A stretch of DNA of 64,000 nt from Mytilus galloprovincialis. Lineage: Eukaryota. The position numbers and the translations under genes were made by a program. The stretch spans positions 20,093,521-20,157,520 of the forward strand of contig NC_134842.1 of assembly GCF_965363235.1 (NCBI RefSeq). The letters run 5' to 3'. Below are positions 60,241-64,000 of this stretch, in pieces. The notes under the pieces are model-generated. The model did not search any database and had not been told where the DNA came from. It was given only the letters and a program-made list of their open reading frames with translations. Every line of letters begins with the position of its first letter. Position 1 is the stretch's first letter.

Positions 60241-63200
60241 ATTCAGAAATTATTGCGATGTTTTTATTAATGCAAAAAATGCGACTGAGTTACAATCGCA
60301 ATAATTTGAATTGCATTTAAAAAACATTAATATGAATTAAACAGGACTTTTCTTAATAACGCAAAAATTAAAATTGCACTCTAGTCTAAAATGACAAAAT
60401 CGCAATAATAAATGCATGTTATAATTTCTGAATTTACAGTATATTGTTTGAACTTAATTGTTAACGAGTTGCTAATTTGTTGGTTATGGTCATAACTTTT
60501 TGTTACTAACCTTTATAATGATATGTTTCTCCATAGGTGGAGGACAACTGTGCGTTTCTCCTACATTGTCAAGCCTCCAAATCTAAATTTAGAAAATCAT
60601 GATGAAATGAAAGTGTTTACATGTTTAAGGCATCCAAACTATCTCTTAAATGTCTAGATCAGAATGACATAATATATAATATATAAAAGCATTTAGAATT
60701 TTGCTCTAACTCAAGGATATCAAAATATAAGATTTGTTTTTCTTTTGGGGTAAGGTGGTTGTTCATATCTATTATGTAAAAAAATAACTAAATACATCAC
60801 AACAAGTGACCTTTCTGCACAAAAGTTTCCAGATAATATAAACCAGTTCAATTATCAATGCAATTAACACAATTATGTTGTTTATGCAATTTAAGTTCCA
60901 CTGTAAACAAACTTTTTTTATGATTGATTTATTTTTTGCATCTTTTGTAAATGGAAAAATAAAGTCAATATAAAGATGATAAATTGTTGCGAATATGTAA
61001 AATTTTGATCTTTTCTTATGAACTTAAATCAAGTATAAAATTTGAAAAATCGTGAAATTGAATATAGCTGCAAACTAAAATAGAAAGGGTGAATGCAAAA
61101 ATAAGTTGGTTTACAGTAAACAAAATTGACGGACATCAATTGATGCCAGTAGAGCAGTTGATTTTAAATCCAACCAATCTATAGTTACGTATTTCTTTTT
61201 TTTTTATTTATTCAACAACAATATTCCCGTCCCTAGGATTTTCATGGCTTTCAACTCACTCAATTTATTTTGCACAAGCTGTTTCTGTGGATTCATTTAT
61301 TTTTGTCAGTATCCATTTTCATGGATTGAGGAAAACTTGCTTTTTGGTGGATATTTGATTTCATTTTTTGCCAATCTCTACTTACTTAATTTTTAATTCA
61401 TTGTACATTTGAATTTGTGATTAACGTGAACCCATGAAACCCCCCCCCAAAATTGGTATCCAATGAATAATAATGAATTCACAGTAACAGATTTCTTTAC
61501 TGGTAGAGCTATGGTACAAAAGACCAGAGTATCTTTATTTCAGGTATTTCTGTAAAATATACTTCATTGTTTCAATAAAATAAAAATGTACAACAAAGTA
61601 CAGTTACTTTTTATGTAACAGTATTTTAAATTCTTTTCAGGGATATTTAAATCCTGTAAAAATGAATACTTTATGTCCAGTAAGAATTCATTATCTAATG
61701 TGCTAAATGTGCTACATAGGCGACATACAAAACACTTACCGGTACTTTATTTTTTTCCAAAATGTGCCTTGGTGTGTCTGAAAAATAAAGTTAATTGTAA
61801 TATTTGTTTATCTATGAATTTGACAAACTATAAGTGCTCTAATGGCTTCTAGATTAAGGTTTACCTCTTTATACTATCAGACCCCAAAGAAAAAATATTT
61901 TAACAACTATATGTATTAAATCAATAAAGTGTTTTGGTAATTTATCAAAATGGGCTAAGGCCACGCCACACCAATTTAATTCCTTGTTCAACGGACCCGC
62001 CCACACCTATTTTTTTCAAAACAGATTTTTTTTTCGTTTTTTTATATTCCCGCTTCCTGCATCCGGAAATGTAATCATGAGTATTTCCAACACCGTTTTT
62101 TTTGTAAATATTATAAAAAAGATATTAACACTTGTTTTAAAATCACAGTCTTACCTGTATTTAATGATTTCAAACCTATAAAGCACCCCACCACACTTTG
62201 TAAATATCTGTGTAAAAATTTGATTAAACATTAAACCCCATTACCTGGTTACTTACATTCCCCATCAAAAAATGTTCGTTGTTAGAATAAAGTATGCAGA
62301 ACTTCTGAAGGAGAAGAGTTGCCATCAACTGCAATTATATTGTATGCCGGCGGAACAAAACTATTCATACCCGTTGCATGTTTATACACCTGGCTGGATT
62401 GATTAGGAGGCCTGTTGTTCAGTAGTTATCGTTTGTTGATGTGGTATTTTCCGTTTGTATTTATAAATTAGATTGTTGGTTTTCCTCTTTTAATTGTGTA
62501 CACTAGTAATTTTTGGGTCCCTTATAGCTTGCTATTTGGTCTGGGTCAAAGCCCTGTGTAAAAGGCCGAACTATGACCTGATTTTGTTATCATCAGGTTG
62601 GGAACAACCCTCCCTCAGGCAAGGGGTCATTTTACTTTTGTAGAAAAGAAGATAGAAAAAAACAAGGATTTGTATAGTGCTAATATACCAATCCTTGGAA
62701 AAGCATAGAATTTTTACTTAAAAAGAGGAGAAATACATCATATTTGAAACAAATTTTCTAAAAGAGGGGTCCACTTATTTTGAATAATATAAAATTAAAT
62801 GATATATATGTGTTAACACTAAAGTCCAGGAATATTACAAAATTGTTGGACATGTTTTAACCATTAATACCAGATAGATATATAGTTCTTTGGGAAAATA
62901 TGAGCCCTTTTGTACTAAAAAGTGTTTACAAAAAAATATATTATAACTTATATTGACCCCTCATTAAAGGGATATTTTATAACATTGAGGGGTTGTTCCC
63001 AACCTGATGATGACTTGGATGGAGAACTGTCTCATTGGCACACATATACATATACCACATCTAATTATTCATTTATTTCTTGGTGAACAGGGAAAAAACA
63101 CTTCATAAATTAAAGAAATGTCAGAGTACAAGTGATAAATCAAGTTTTAATATTGTCAAAACCTACTATTTTATGTTTACAAAAAAAAAAATTATAATCG

Positions 63201-64000
63201 CTTGCCTTTACTTTTCAAGCTTCGCCTCAAAAAGTTGCAAATTAAATGTTTTTTTATAAATATTTTCTAATCGCTCGCTCACCCAAATTTTTTGGAGTCC
63301 AAAAATCTGTAGAGCATTAAATTGGTGTGGCCTAACATGTCATGAAAAATCCTATGCAGTTAAAGTTGCAGTGTTTCATTATGTTTGTACTGTAATTCTC
63401 TTAGTCTTCCTTGTTGTATATGCAATAATAGTTAGACACTCAAAAATTGAGTTATTTGCACTTTCATGACATAATTTACTCTGAAACCCAATGTTCACAT
63501 TCTAACATGCATATTCTATTAAAATTTAAATTTAAAAGAACTAACATGGTTTGTTTGGAGCGTTTTATGGGGTACACCTCTATTTAGAAACTTGAGAACC
63601 ATAAGATTTAACATAGATAGTACATATAGTCCATGGTCAGCTTTGTCTGAAGGAGTGTTAAAATTAGTTTTTTTTTTTTTATCAAATTACATATCATCCA
63701 ACTTAATTGGTGATACACCCTGCAATTGTAACTAAATGAAAAAAAAAGTTCTTTTTGTTTGTTTACTTATCATTGTCAATATGATGGAATTTTCAGTGAC
63801 TGTCACACTAGTGAGAGGTTTAACTAGCTATAAAACCAGGTTTTATCCACCATTTTCTAAATAAGAAAATGCCTGTACCGTGTCAGGACTATGACAGTTG
63901 TTATCCATTTGTTTGATGTGTATGAGCTGTTGATTTTGTCATTTGATAAGGGAGTCTTTGTTTTGAATTTTCCTCCAAGTTCAGTTGTTTTGTGAGTTTA

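Noticed and set aside
1-64000. Prokaryotic-style systems (operons, defence islands, tRNA or rRNA genes).
   Set aside because: Composition, spliced genes, SINE/LINE/MITE content and satellites show this is metazoan nuclear DNA. No tRNA-like cloverleaf or rRNA similarity was recognised by eye.

Overview
This window is AT-rich (~32% GC), repeat-dense metazoan nuclear DNA, not a prokaryotic locus. The provided ORF track calls GTG/TTG starts as 'M' and ignores introns, so most of its ORFs are artefacts here. The repeat content (LINE/SINE fragments, MITEs, satellites) suggests a marine invertebrate such as a bivalve mollusc, but the species cannot be established from the sequence alone. Four things stand out. 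(1) Two paralogous cGAS-like/Mab-21-domain nucleotidyltransferase (cGLR) genes sit about 31 kb apart in direct orientation. Copy 1 is cut off at the window start but has an intact C-terminal half; copy 2 has an intact NTase N-terminus carrying the GS...DxD motif but is broken further on by a frameshift, a nonsense codon and an internal tandem duplication. Each copy lies at the head of a collinear block (gene, 3' flank, a composite dispersed repeat, then a satellite-bearing element), which points to an ancient tandem segmental duplication of at least 20 kb. (2) A 10-kb array of 36-bp monomers (about 278 copies, with 216-, 432-, ~796- and 1116-bp higher-order repeats) occupies the first block; its paralogue in the second block holds only ~1.3 monomers. 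(3) On the minus strand there is a multi-exon gene for a divergent (~45-50% identity) but intact paralogue of the clathrin heavy-chain N-terminal beta-propeller domain, with canonical splice sites. (4) The rest is transposable-element material: 5'-truncated retroelement copies with RT motifs, a TIR element carrying one of them, a nested MITE with perfect 28-bp TIRs, (GACG)n-tailed SINEs, and several TE-derived minisatellites. No rRNA or tRNA genes and no CRISPR array could be supported.
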